In this document: piece after piece, positions 9,433-18,114 of the stretch
Position numbering within the stretch: position 1 is the stretch's first letter
Layout: each line of letters begins with the position of its first letter
Virus record (IMG/VR): IMGVR_UViG_3300029183_000001
Location: 1,900-65,899 of that record
DNA from: a virus
DNA length: 64,000 bases
Direction: 5' to 3' (one strand)
Notes under the pieces: generated by a model
Seen by the model: the letters and a program-made list of their open reading frames with translations, nothing else
What the model was told of the DNA's origin: nothing
The model's database searches: none
Translations under genes and position numbers: made by a program

Positions 9433-9871
9433 TCGCTTCTTTTTTGACTACAAAATTTTCAAAGAATGCAGTGAGGAATATCAAAAGATTCTTCCACAGA
9501 TTCTTCGCTCCTGATGCGATTAAATAATCCAATCTCTCATCCAGGAACTTAGTTGCCGGATCACTGGAATACTTTTTCAAATTGGCCTTATGCTGAATCC
9601 TGATCCACTTTAGATACTCAATAATCCCATCATCACCATTCTTCTTATACGCCTCCTTTAACCTCTGTTCATGGTTCACATTATAGGCCATAGATCTTTT
9701 GAAATCATATAGCGTTTTCGGATCAACCTTCGCCCCATCCTTCTCAATATCATCCGTGTGTTCTTTATCCAATTGATGCCCGTATAACTGATATGAATGC
9801 TTTCGCACATACTGGGTCTTAGGAAGGATTGACGCCAATCTCCTCAACGTCTTTAAATTCTTCTTCTTCAT
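9407..9871 (-). CDS. hypothetical protein
   Basis: 154-aa ORF. Confidence 0.65.
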   Translation of the reverse strand: MKKKNLKTLRRLASILPKTQYVRKHSYQLYGHQLDKEHTDDIEKDGAKVDPKTLYDFKRSMAYNVNHEQRLKEAYKKNGDDGIIEYLKWIRIQHKANLKKYSSDPATKFLDERLDYLIASGAKNLWKNLLIFLTAFFENFVVKKEANEVVKSEG

Positions 9872-9883
9872 CGGTCCTCGACT

Positions 9884-9914
9884 AAAAGAGGGACTACCGT
9901 AGCAACCCCCCTTC
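9884..9914 (-). terminator. terminator-like hairpin with cUACGg tetraloop
   Basis: minus strand aggggggttgc-tacg-gtagtccctct then ttt. Confidence 0.6.
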
Positions 9915-9938
9915 TACTTTTAATAATCTCATGAACTC

Positions 9939-9958
9939 ACAATATACAATTTATATAT
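9939..9958 (-). promoter_or_regulatory. promoter -7 variant with palindrome at 9942-9958 (1 mismatch)
   Basis: + strand acaatatacaatttatatat. Confidence 0.65.
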
Positions 9959-10026
9959 TGAAAAAGGGTGACATATGTTCTACGTCAACCCTTTCTCTGT
10001 TCATGGGACTATTATGTTTCCTTATT

Positions 10027-10425
10027 TCAAGCCTCTGCAGGGGCTTCCTCCTTCTCTTTCTTCTTAGTATTCTTCTTATCCTCCTTCACTGGATTGATAA
10101 TCTCATCCTCTGCATCGATCTGATAGTGTTCCGGCAATTGCTCTCTCTTATACTCCTCATCCGTTTCAGGATCAACATACACCTTCTGCCACTGTCCTTG
10201 ATCAATGTAGATATTGAATGTCTTGGCGACCGTTTCAAACCCCTCCCTCCTTTTAGTTAAAAGCTCTTTGATCAATCCTCTTTTATCCTTGATTTCGGTT
10301 TTCTTATCTCCAATCTCGGATTCCAAAACAATTATCGCCTCTTCTTCCTTGGCGATCTCAACGGCAAAAGCTGTTAATTCTTCTTCTGAATATAGGCGGT
10401 CATATCCCGCTTTTTCCTGTCTCAT
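10027..10425 (-). CDS. hypothetical coiled-coil protein
   Basis: 132-aa ORF. Confidence 0.75.
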   Translation of the reverse strand: MRQEKAGYDRLYSEEELTAFAVEIAKEEEAIIVLESEIGDKKTEIKDKRGLIKELLTKRREGFETVAKTFNIYIDQGQWQKVYVDPETDEEYKREQLPEHYQIDAEDEIINPVKEDKKNTKKKEKEEAPAEA

Positions 10426-10509
10426 TGGCTAAATTTTTTTGATGAAAAAAACGAATGCGAGCCAATCAAACCCGCACCCGAAAACTAACTACTTGAAAAA
10501 AATAATCTT

Positions 10510-11076
10510 TTATTGGTTAGAAAAATATTTTACAACTTCATTCATATTGACATCAAAGGCATCACCTGAATCAATATCACTTTCTAATCCCATTGGGAAA
10601 TCTGTTCCAATGTTCTTCTCTGGAATTCCTGTCCATCTCAACCACTCAACCGCATCGAATGATGGGCATGCTTTCCCATGGTTGATCTGATTATGTCCGA
10701 CCCAAACAATGTCCGGATGGTACGATGTGATCACCTTCACATGAGCCTCCATCGCATCCTGTTGATCTGGGTTCCTGGTGTCCTTCGATTTGAAATTATG
10801 ATCAACCCCTCCAATGTATGCAAGATGGATGGACTTACTATTCCACCCCTTCGCTCCATACGTGATCTCACTCCAATCGATTATCTCATCATTGTTGAAC
10901 TCAACCAAATCATGGGATCTCCCGTCAAGATCAATCACTGTCCGATATCCCGGCTTACTCCAACCATTCCCTCTCGGTGGTTTCGACATAAACCAGGACA
11001 TCAATGTATCAATAGAAATATTCCGGCCTTCCGGAGTAGCGGTGCAATGTAATACACCAAATTGAATCTTTCCCAT
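10510..11076 (-). CDS. N-acetylmuramoyl-L-alanine amidase (Amidase_2, T7 lysozyme-like) endolysin
   Basis: VLHCTATPEGR, GAKGWNSKSIHLAYIGG, VGHNQ...KACPSFD zinc-ligand motifs. Confidence 0.92.
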   Translation of the reverse strand: MGKIQFGVLHCTATPEGRNISIDTLMSWFMSKPPRGNGWSKPGYRTVIDLDGRSHDLVEFNNDEIIDWSEITYGAKGWNSKSIHLAYIGGVDHNFKSKDTRNPDQQDAMEAHVKVITSYHPDIVWVGHNQINHGKACPSFDAVEWLRWTGIPEKNIGTDFPMGLESDIDSGDAFDVNMNEVVKYFSNQ

Positions 11077-11092
11077 ACTGGATAACTTTCGA

Positions 11093-11875
11093 TTAACCTA
11101 ATCCTCCCCTCACAACTGACTTCTTCCCACTTCCTTTGCTCTTTTTCTTTGCCTCTGCGATGAGATCTAACCCATCAATGGAGACTTCATCCATTATCAA
11201 CTTATAGAACTCAGCCGGCCCCTCTAAACTCTTCAGCATCCTAATTCTGAGATCTCCATAGAGTGAATTCAATCCCTGGATGCTGTCAATCGTCCAATCA
11301 TTCAATGGATTATAACTCGCTTGCATCAATTCTCCTTTAACCTTCGTGTGATTCAATCCCAACCCATGTCCAATCACTTCATGTTGGGAGATCTTGCGAA
11401 TGTCCTTCGCATCAACCTTCGGGTCATCCTTCAATTGGAGATAGAAAGTGTCATTGAAAAAACAATACCCGCTCCAATTCTTCCTCCTTCCCCTTGTCGC
11501 ATAATTTGCATACTGGACGGCCAACGTGCTTCTTCTAATCGGATAAGGACACTTAAGCAAAACCTTCCCCTCTTTATCTCGGGCCTTCAAGTCTTCATCA
11601 ACAAAATACATTTTGAAATAGGCTTTTTTGGGATCTCGAGTTGGCCTTGCCTGTAACGGCCACATCATGTAATTGAATTGAGCGAATAATTCAGCCATGA
11701 ATAATAGATGCTCAGTCTCCCCCATATCAGGAGATCGATTGAAGAGGTGAAAGTAAATCACTCCTTTGTTGTTAAATGGAACCAATTTATTGCTCAGGAT
11801 CTTGAACTCCGCAACCGCCCCCTCGACTTGCTGATCCTGACAACTGAAATCAACTCCTAACTTGTTCTTTGACAT
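11093..11875 (-). CDS. matrixin-like (M10) zinc metallopeptidase
   Basis: HEVIGHGLGLNH, Met-turn ELMQASY, DSIQGLNSLYG resembling MMP DDIxGIQxLYG. Confidence 0.8.
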   Translation of the reverse strand: MSKNKLGVDFSCQDQQVEGAVAEFKILSNKLVPFNNKGVIYFHLFNRSPDMGETEHLLFMAELFAQFNYMMWPLQARPTRDPKKAYFKMYFVDEDLKARDKEGKVLLKCPYPIRRSTLAVQYANYATRGRRKNWSGYCFFNDTFYLQLKDDPKVDAKDIRKISQHEVIGHGLGLNHTKVKGELMQASYNPLNDWTIDSIQGLNSLYGDLRIRMLKSLEGPAEFYKLIMDEVSIDGLDLIAEAKKKSKGSGKKSVVRGGLG

Positions 11876-12164
11876 ATTCCTCTGCGATTAAGGTTAATAA
11901 TTTATTGACCGGAAAGGTAGTGATTTCTTCTAACTTCTCGATCTGCTCATTACTGATCATCGTGATCGCAGTCATCTTGTTTTCAATCTCCCGAAAATCT
12001 CTCATCCTGGGAATAAATCCCAAATCCTTATTCTCGATAATTTTAGCCAATCTTTGTTCAAAGAATTCAATCCTACTTTTGGAATCTTCATCATCCTTGA
12101 TCGCCTGTATTGCTCTTTCACTTAATCTCAATCCAATTTGAGTATGGTTCGTATACGGATTCAT
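11850..12164 (-). CDS. hypothetical protein
   Basis: 104-aa ORF. Confidence 0.65.
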   Translation of the reverse strand: MNPYTNHTQIGLRLSERAIQAIKDDEDSKSRIEFFEQRLAKIIENKDLGFIPRMRDFREIENKMTAITMISNEQIEKLEEITTFPVNKLLTLIAEEYVKEQVRS

Positions 12165-12168
12165 GACC

Positions 12169-12939
12169 TCATTTATAAATTCCTAAAATTTCATTTACCT
12201 GATCTCTATTCAATGGGTTTTCAGGGTCCCACTCCCTTATAATTTTATTGGCCTTTTTCAACGCCTCCATCTTCTCATAATCCTTCAAATGCAACTCAGG
12301 GTATTGCTCCCTTAAGCTCATCACATAGTCCTTCTTCCCATACAACGCCTCAACTCCATCTAACATCTTTCCCTGCTCTCCACCTTTGTCTCTATTCGAA
12401 TAAACCGACTGTTTAAAGATGTTCCAACAATTATATCTCAGACTGGGCCACGATCCAATTGAAAACACATGGCCAGAGTCATATTGATTCGTATTCAAAA
12501 ACGGACGAGCAATACAAGTCCTATCAACATCAATCAATTTTATAATCCTATTAATCGATGTCTGTAAAGGATCTGCCGGAGCCCCTTTCTTCCTGGATGC
12601 GAATTTTTTACTCCCCCCTTCACTCAATTCTTCCTCCCACTGGGCCTTCTTCTTCTCCCACGCTTTACGTTGCGCCTTTTTGTCGGCTTCACGCTGCTTC
12701 TTCAATACTTTCTTAGCCGCCTCCTCCATACACTCCAACTTCTCACAGCACTGCTTCAATCCAGTCATGGATCTGACACCATATCTCTGTACGGACATTT
12801 TATACTTCTCATGGCAATAGATGCAACTGTACGTGTTGATCTTGGATGTATCAATTCCGCTCCGGTCCTTTTTCTCCCTGGGAAGCGGCTTCGGATCTCC
12901 AAAGTCAAATTCTTGCATTCCGTTATGCGAGTTCCCCAA
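12169..12939 (-). CDS. ninG: NinG/Rap-like recombination endonuclease
   Basis: YDSGHVFSIGSWPSLRYNCWNIFKQ resembles NinG DAGHYxSxGAxPxLRF; N-terminal Cys cluster and lysine-rich helix. Confidence 0.75.
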   Translation of the reverse strand: MGNSHNGMQEFDFGDPKPLPREKKDRSGIDTSKINTYSCIYCHEKYKMSVQRYGVRSMTGLKQCCEKLECMEEAAKKVLKKQREADKKAQRKAWEKKKAQWEEELSEGGSKKFASRKKGAPADPLQTSINRIIKLIDVDRTCIARPFLNTNQYDSGHVFSIGSWPSLRYNCWNIFKQSVYSNRDKGGEQGKMLDGVEALYGKKDYVMSLREQYPELHLKDYEKMEALKKANKIIREWDPENPLNRDQVNEILGIYK

Positions 12940-13219
12940 CTTCCAAAAATTTTCTCATCTCATCTGCAGTAAATCCAACCCTTACTCCATTGAAATCTTC
13001 TGTGATCAATTTTCTATTCACGCTGAGCGCTTTGATGGCCCCGGTTGTAACAAAACCCAATCCATGAAAGACCTGGCAATCAACTCTAACTCTTCCACCC
13101 TTTGGACTCTCAACAATATAATCACTCCCATCAACTGTGACGTGGCACACCCCTTCCTTTTGCTTCATCCTCTCTCTCTTATAATCGGGGTATCTCCTTC
13201 TCATTTCGTAAACATGCAC
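12923..13219 (-). CDS. hypothetical protein
   Basis: 98-aa ORF (start may be internal). Confidence 0.6.
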   Translation of the reverse strand: MHVYEMRRRYPDYKRERMKQKEGVCHVTVDGSDYIVESPKGGRVRVDCQVFHGLGFVTTGAIKALSVNRKLITEDFNGVRVGFTADEMRKFLEVGELA

Positions 13220-14043
13220 TCAATACACAAAACTGCATCCTCCTCTTCCTGTACTTCACTCAATGGGATCTTCTTCTCACACCTCGCACATCTGACGATC
13301 TTCTGCCCCTTTAACTTCATATTCAATTCATCCCTCAAAGTTGGCTCACCTTTCTCTCTTCTCTGATATTCTGGATCAGCTGGAGGGACTTTGATTCCGA
13401 ATAACAAATTGGCTTCCCTGATCACTCGATCAATGAAATTCTTTGCCTCCTTCCAATTCGCTTTAGCCAAACTTGGCTTCCCTGGAATCTCCCTCAACGT
13501 CTTGATCACTCCGATCACTTGACTTGGTTCCAACAACTCTCCCTCCCCAATCATCATATCCAACTCCCCTGTAAATGGGGCTTTCCAAACCATATCACTT
13601 TCATGGTTCTTCCTGAATACGACAATGGGGTCATCCTTCTCGACAAACCCTCCATCATGAACTGTCTTGACCACCAAAAGATCAGTGAACTTAGGCCCAA
13701 CCACATTCTCAATCTTCATCGCTTTCCAGGGATCACCATTCTTCAAATGCTTCTCCTTCAAATACTCCTCAACTAACTTCTCATCAACCTCATTGTCAAT
13801 CTGCAGATTCTCCGTCCCTGACTGAATCAATCCGAACATATACCAGGGAAGGACAACCCCATAAAAATATCCTAATTGTCCCGTGGACTTCGGAGCAATG
13901 TAAGGCTCACATGAAAACCGGACTTTTTGGCCTTTGAACTCTTCGGCCATCTTTCCAATCCATGATTCATTTGGATTCTCCTTCCAATTCCCATGTTCAC
14001 TCACCTCAGTGACAAAGGATTTCTTCTTTTTTAAACTGCCCAT
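13201..14043 (-). CDS. NinB-like protein with inserted lipoyl/biotinyl-like domain and C-terminal TraR/DksA-type C4 zinc finger
   Basis: KSTGQLGYFYGVVL and FIDRVIREANLLFGIKVPP (NinB-like); VEKDDPIVVF...KAPFTGEL...GEGELLEPSQVIGVI; CARCEKKIP...AVLCIEC. Confidence 0.65.
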   Translation of the reverse strand: MGSLKKKKSFVTEVSEHGNWKENPNESWIGKMAEEFKGQKVRFSCEPYIAPKSTGQLGYFYGVVLPWYMFGLIQSGTENLQIDNEVDEKLVEEYLKEKHLKNGDPWKAMKIENVVGPKFTDLLVVKTVHDGGFVEKDDPIVVFRKNHESDMVWKAPFTGELDMMIGEGELLEPSQVIGVIKTLREIPGKPSLAKANWKEAKNFIDRVIREANLLFGIKVPPADPEYQRREKGEPTLRDELNMKLKGQKIVRCARCEKKIPLSEVQEEEDAVLCIECMFTK

Positions 14044-14303
14044 TGTCCAAGCGATTTCTCCATTAATTGTCTGGCAACTTCATATCCTCCTTCACATCTA
14101 CCAATAGCCCTAAATAGAGCACTATCCTTCCCCTCAATTAAAGTTCTGTAATCTCCATCAACCCAAAATCCAATTTTATAATTCCAATCTTTCCCATCAA
14201 GGTTTAGGCTCAACATAAAATACCCATGTGTGCACAAATACACATCTCCTTCTTGAAAAGATTTCCAATGATAATTTGGCCTGCTAAATTCTGCCCGATT
14301 CAT
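14031..14303 (-). CDS. hypothetical protein
   Basis: 90-aa ORF. Confidence 0.65.
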   Translation of the reverse strand: MNRAEFSRPNYHWKSFQEGDVYLCTHGYFMLSLNLDGKDWNYKIGFWVDGDYRTLIEGKDSALFRAIGRCEGGYEVARQLMEKSLGQWAV

Positions 14304-14306
14304 CCC

Positions 14307-14624
14307 TTAATCGTTGATCAACTGCAACCCCTGCTCGATAGCATACAACTTCTCATAATTCACTGAGTACTCTGGATTATCTCCCGACTCATCACAATTA
14401 ATCAATTTGGCATTTGTCCCAATCTGCAGAACTCGAATCACATCAGTCATTGGCATACCAAGCTCAACAATCACATCATTCATTAATGCAACCTTTCTAT
14501 CTCCAAGATAGACCAATACTTTCCTGACTTCCTTGTCATTATATGCATTGATTATCATTTGAGCAGTCCTCAGCATGTCATTACAAAATATCTCCACTGG
14601 TGGAGTCTTAAACAATGTTACCAT
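14307..14624 (-). CDS. hypothetical protein, possible winged HTH
   Basis: 105-aa ORF directly after operator-promoter at 14642. Confidence 0.7.
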   Translation of the reverse strand: MVTLFKTPPVEIFCNDMLRTAQMIINAYNDKEVRKVLVYLGDRKVALMNDVIVELGMPMTDVIRVLQIGTNAKLINCDESGDNPEYSVNYEKLYAIEQGLQLIND

Positions 14625-14641
14625 AACGCGAAATTTTCAGC

Positions 14642-14661
14642 CAAATATATAAATTATATAT
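14642..14661 (-). promoter_or_regulatory. TATATTTG promoter with perfect palindrome at 14645-14661
   Basis: + strand caaatatataaattatatat. Confidence 0.8.
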
Positions 14662-16310
14662 CAATTGAGGGAATCAATACACCTCTGCCCGATCCACTCA
14701 GGCACTTGTGGTGTGACGGCATTCCCCAACTGTTTGGTCTGATCCCTTTGATTTCCAAGCACTTCATATTCATCCGGGAATCCCATAGCCCTCTGTATCT
14801 CATCCGGTTTCAACATCCGGTAAAAGCAATCCATCGGATCGATTCCATGGGTCTTTACCAGTGACGCTCTTTGTACTCCCGTCATAGTCCGGACTGGATC
14901 AGCCATACTTGACGTGCCATGACCTTTTGAATTGTAATAACTCAAAAAATGATCAAAGCTCTCAGGGCTCAATATACCATGACTCACTTTTGATGTGACT
15001 GTTCTCATCGGTTCTGCAGAACTTGATGCAGTACTCCTCCCCTTGTTGTTGACCATTATTGGCAACCTCAATAATCCATGGTGATCAGTCGCTGTGACTG
15101 TCCCGGCCTCTCTTCCCAAATCTCGAACCCAACCAGGAGAATAATTCCCAACCAACATATGGTGATTCCCCCCTGCCAGGATTGTACTGATATACTCTCC
15201 TATTGATCTTCCTTTACCCGTCCTGTTCATTTCAACAATGAAAGGTAATATCATTCCCGCGCTCTGAGATGTCGTCTGTGTCATTATCTCCCTGGACGTG
15301 GGCCGGACAACTGCAGAATCATTCGCTCCTGCATAAGCCACATTGATCAAGAACGGACTTAACAGGCCATGATCCAATTGAGTTGTGGCCGTTCCCATTG
15401 GGTCGAGTGCCGTCTTTACCCTGCTATTGATTCTCCCCTTATGCCGGACATTCAAAATCAAATGTTCATTACCATACTTCTCCAACCCATATACAATCCT
15501 TCTCATCGTCTTTTCACTCAACGGCCTCTTTCTGTCTCCTATCCTTTTGATCTTGTGATTCCAATTGATCACATTGAATGCTGCATAATAGTATGGCTCA
15601 ACCACTTGATAACATTCCAAGCATCGATATAAATATTGCTGTTTATACTTCCCCCAATTCCTTCCTTTCTTCCATGCTTGATATGATCCAACCTCCTTCT
15701 CGCAATTCATACAATATGCCTTTGGTTCATATTCGAGATCCGGCGCCTTGTTTCCCTTCTTCCAAAACACCACATAAAGCCGGTCACGAGATTGTGGGCA
15801 TGGAAGAAAGTGCATTGAATTGAAATAACAAGTCTTATGCTCATATCCCAATGAATGCATTGCCATCAACCAAGCATCCCACAACGCCCACCTCTTCGCA
15901 TCAACCACATTCTCAACAACAATGATCTCATAATTATGATACTCCGCAAACCTGGGAACATCCCACATCGTGGCTCTGGATCTTTCATGATCTGGATTAA
16001 ACTGGATCTCTCCAAATAATTCCATCTGCCTCTGATGCTTTCTCTTCATCCCCTGGGCGAGACTATGGTTGGTGCATTCAGGAGACGTGACCAATATATC
16101 AGTACTTGGATATCTTCTCGGATCACATGCCTGCACATCTGTACAATCATGATCAACTTCTGGATGATTCGTATTATGAGTATCGATGGCCAACTTCCAA
16201 TGATTCAAAGCCATCTTAACCTCAACCCCGGCCTTTTTAATCCCGGTAGTCGTTCCCCCTGCTCCACAAAATTGATCCGTGGCAGTCAGATAAGATTTTT
16301 TCCTTCCCAT
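14661..16310 (-). CDS. DNA cytosine-5 methyltransferase
   Basis: Motif I DQFCGAGG, catalytic TSPECTNHS, motif VI VENV, motif VIII QSRDRLY, C-terminal KQLGNAVTP. Confidence 0.93.
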   Translation of the reverse strand: MGRKKSYLTATDQFCGAGGTTTGIKKAGVEVKMALNHWKLAIDTHNTNHPEVDHDCTDVQACDPRRYPSTDILVTSPECTNHSLAQGMKRKHQRQMELFGEIQFNPDHERSRATMWDVPRFAEYHNYEIIVVENVVDAKRWALWDAWLMAMHSLGYEHKTCYFNSMHFLPCPQSRDRLYVVFWKKGNKAPDLEYEPKAYCMNCEKEVGSYQAWKKGRNWGKYKQQYLYRCLECYQVVEPYYYAAFNVINWNHKIKRIGDRKRPLSEKTMRRIVYGLEKYGNEHLILNVRHKGRINSRVKTALDPMGTATTQLDHGLLSPFLINVAYAGANDSAVVRPTSREIMTQTTSQSAGMILPFIVEMNRTGKGRSIGEYISTILAGGNHHMLVGNYSPGWVRDLGREAGTVTATDHHGLLRLPIMVNNKGRSTASSSAEPMRTVTSKVSHGILSPESFDHFLSYYNSKGHGTSSMADPVRTMTGVQRASLVKTHGIDPMDCFYRMLKPDEIQRAMGFPDEYEVLGNQRDQTKQLGNAVTPQVPEWIGQRCIDSLN

Positions 16311-16349
16311 TCGTGTGCTATTCGTGTGCGCTTTTACGCACGATTAGAT

Positions 16350-16410
16350 AAAAAGCGTCGGGCATCCATTCATTTGGTTAGGACTTCACCATTGAATAAC
16401 TACCCTACGC
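16350..16410 (-). terminator. long imperfect hairpin plus T-tract upstream of the methyltransferase
   Basis: minus strand GCGT/ACGC, GGGTA/TGCCC, ATTCA/TGAAT, TGGT/ACCA stems followed by TTTTT. Confidence 0.55.
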
Positions 16411-16461
16411 TTGCCTATTTTGATTGATCTTCTACTGTTCAATTCAAAGTTCTGTTATTGC

Positions 16462-16704
16462 TCAGTCTGGTTTAAGAGATTGATTCTCTGACTCAAGGAC
16501 TTTATTAGCCGTAGATGAAGTTATCCGATATCCTACAGTCTCACTTTCTCCTAATCTGATTTTTACAACTACACCACAATACGGTGATTCCATTACGATC
16601 TCTCCTGCGTGTTCAGGTGCATTTCCAATGCCGTCGAACAGTTCCCGAATTGTTTGCTCATTCAGGTAAAGAATATGGTTTTGATTTGTTCTTACTCTTA
16701 TCAT
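16462..16704 (-). CDS. hypothetical protein
   Basis: 80-aa ORF. Confidence 0.6.
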   Translation of the reverse strand: MIRVRTNQNHILYLNEQTIRELFDGIGNAPEHAGEIVMESPYCGVVVKIRLGESETVGYRITSSTANKVLESENQSLKPD

Positions 16705-16736
16705 AATTTATAGTTTACAGGCTTGCGCCCTGTTCA

Positions 16737-16955
16737 TCAATTCTTTTTCAATTCAATATATTTTAAGGCTTCTTGCCCCCTAATACAAGTACCATCCCAA
16801 AATTGGACATATGCTACATTATCTTCTCCATGTCCACAACAAGCGTTCATAACATTATCTAAAGTCCCTATACACCCGTCATGACCTTCAGGCGTTCTTC
16901 TTTTTCCACAATGACCACATGTGTCCTTCCCATAACCCGATAGGTAGTTGCCCAT
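16737..16955 (-). CDS. small Cys/His-rich hypothetical protein
   Basis: CGHCG...HDGCIG...NACCGHG. Confidence 0.75.
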   Translation of the reverse strand: MGNYLSGYGKDTCGHCGKRRTPEGHDGCIGTLDNVMNACCGHGEDNVAYVQFWDGTCIRGQEALKYIELKKN

Positions 16956-16959
16956 GTGT

Positions 16960-17238
16960 TCAATTCAAAGATTTATGTAGTAAATAATAACCCTGTTCAT
17001 CTTCTGGTACATTCTCATATGATTCAATGACTCTGTATCCATTCTTGACATACTCGTCCTTTTTGATTTTGGCATTTTGCTTTTCATTGTATTCGAAAAT
17101 AATACTCACATCATGTCGTTCGCGGACAATCATAGCCGTATGTTCAATTCAAACTTTGGTTGTAAAACTTTTCCGCTTCTGGAATTCCTTTTTATACATG
17201 TCCTCAGACTTGTAATCTGATAATTCAACTTTGCGCAT
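16960..17238 (-). pseudogene. 92-codon ORF interrupted by one in-frame TGA (17149-17151)
   Basis: Manual translation MRKVELSDYKSEDMYKKEFQKRKSFTTKV*IEHTAMIVRERHDVSIIFEYNEKQNAKIKKDEYVKNGYRVIESYENVPEDEQGYYLLHKSLN fills the gap between neighbours. Confidence 0.5.
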
Positions 17239-17240
17239 AA

Positions 17241-18113
17241 TTAAAACTTTTCTTCCTGTCCAATCTCCTTAACCACACTTCCCGGACGGAGAATGTTTGC
17301 CTTTCCTCTCCACACGATCCACTCACATAAATCAGCCATCCTTCCTAATATAGCGTCACCATATATCTTTTGAAAATCTTCCTTTGAATGATTCGTAATG
17401 TAGATCTTCAACGGCTTTCTCTTATTCGTGTAATGATTCCTCACTATCCTTTCAACCAATCCAGTCTTCCCCCTGAATGCAACATGAGCATCCAACCCCG
17501 CATGCGCGAAGTCATCATAAATAGTGTCATACCTATAATGCATCGTTGGTATACTGGTGTCCTTCTTCTCTTCGATCATCTCAACTAACTTCGTATAATC
17601 GATGAAATAGAAACTTTTCAAATTCTTGTATTCATTCTGCAGATCCCGGCAAATTGAGTTGATCACCCGGACAAACGTTGTCTTCCCTGTTCCAACATTA
17701 CCCTCAATCACAATACTCTTCCTCACATTGATCAACTTATCCCCCTCATGATAACCGGGAATCCATTCCCCATCTGGATTCCTCCATCCCTGGAGATTCA
17801 AAAAATATTTGATCAACCTTCTGCACGTCTCTTTATTCCTGTCATCAACCCAAATCTTCCTATCCCCTGGGATCTCCTTTTTCAATCGACTGACGACAAG
17901 ATTAAACATTTGATCATATCCCATGACTGGCATCTCTGCATAGTTCCGGTTTTGGATCCGCTGTAAATATGCTTGATGCTCTTCCGGTGACATCGAGATA
18001 TCATTTTGTCCTGTCCTCCTCTTCTTCTTATCCTCAAACTCAGCCCACCTATCGCTGAGCATTGTTTCCGGGTACTTCTCATTTAAAATGTCTTCATTAC
18101 TAACTTTGGCCAT
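17241..18113 (-). CDS. DnaC/IstB-like P-loop ATPase (helicase loader)
   Basis: Walker A GNVGTGKT, IYDDF, IYITN...IYGDAILGRM; follows initiator. Confidence 0.8.
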   Translation of the reverse strand: MAKVSNEDILNEKYPETMLSDRWAEFEDKKKRRTGQNDISMSPEEHQAYLQRIQNRNYAEMPVMGYDQMFNLVVSRLKKEIPGDRKIWVDDRNKETCRRLIKYFLNLQGWRNPDGEWIPGYHEGDKLINVRKSIVIEGNVGTGKTTFVRVINSICRDLQNEYKNLKSFYFIDYTKLVEMIEEKKDTSIPTMHYRYDTIYDDFAHAGLDAHVAFRGKTGLVERIVRNHYTNKRKPLKIYITNHSKEDFQKIYGDAILGRMADLCEWIVWRGKANILRPGSVVKEIGQEEKF

Positions 18114-18114
18114 A

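Noticed and set aside
16960-17238. Genome-wide TGA recoding or selenocysteine
   Set aside because: Many genes end at TGA with ATGA coupling and long ORFs are intact in the standard code; no suppressor tRNA or obvious SECIS seen
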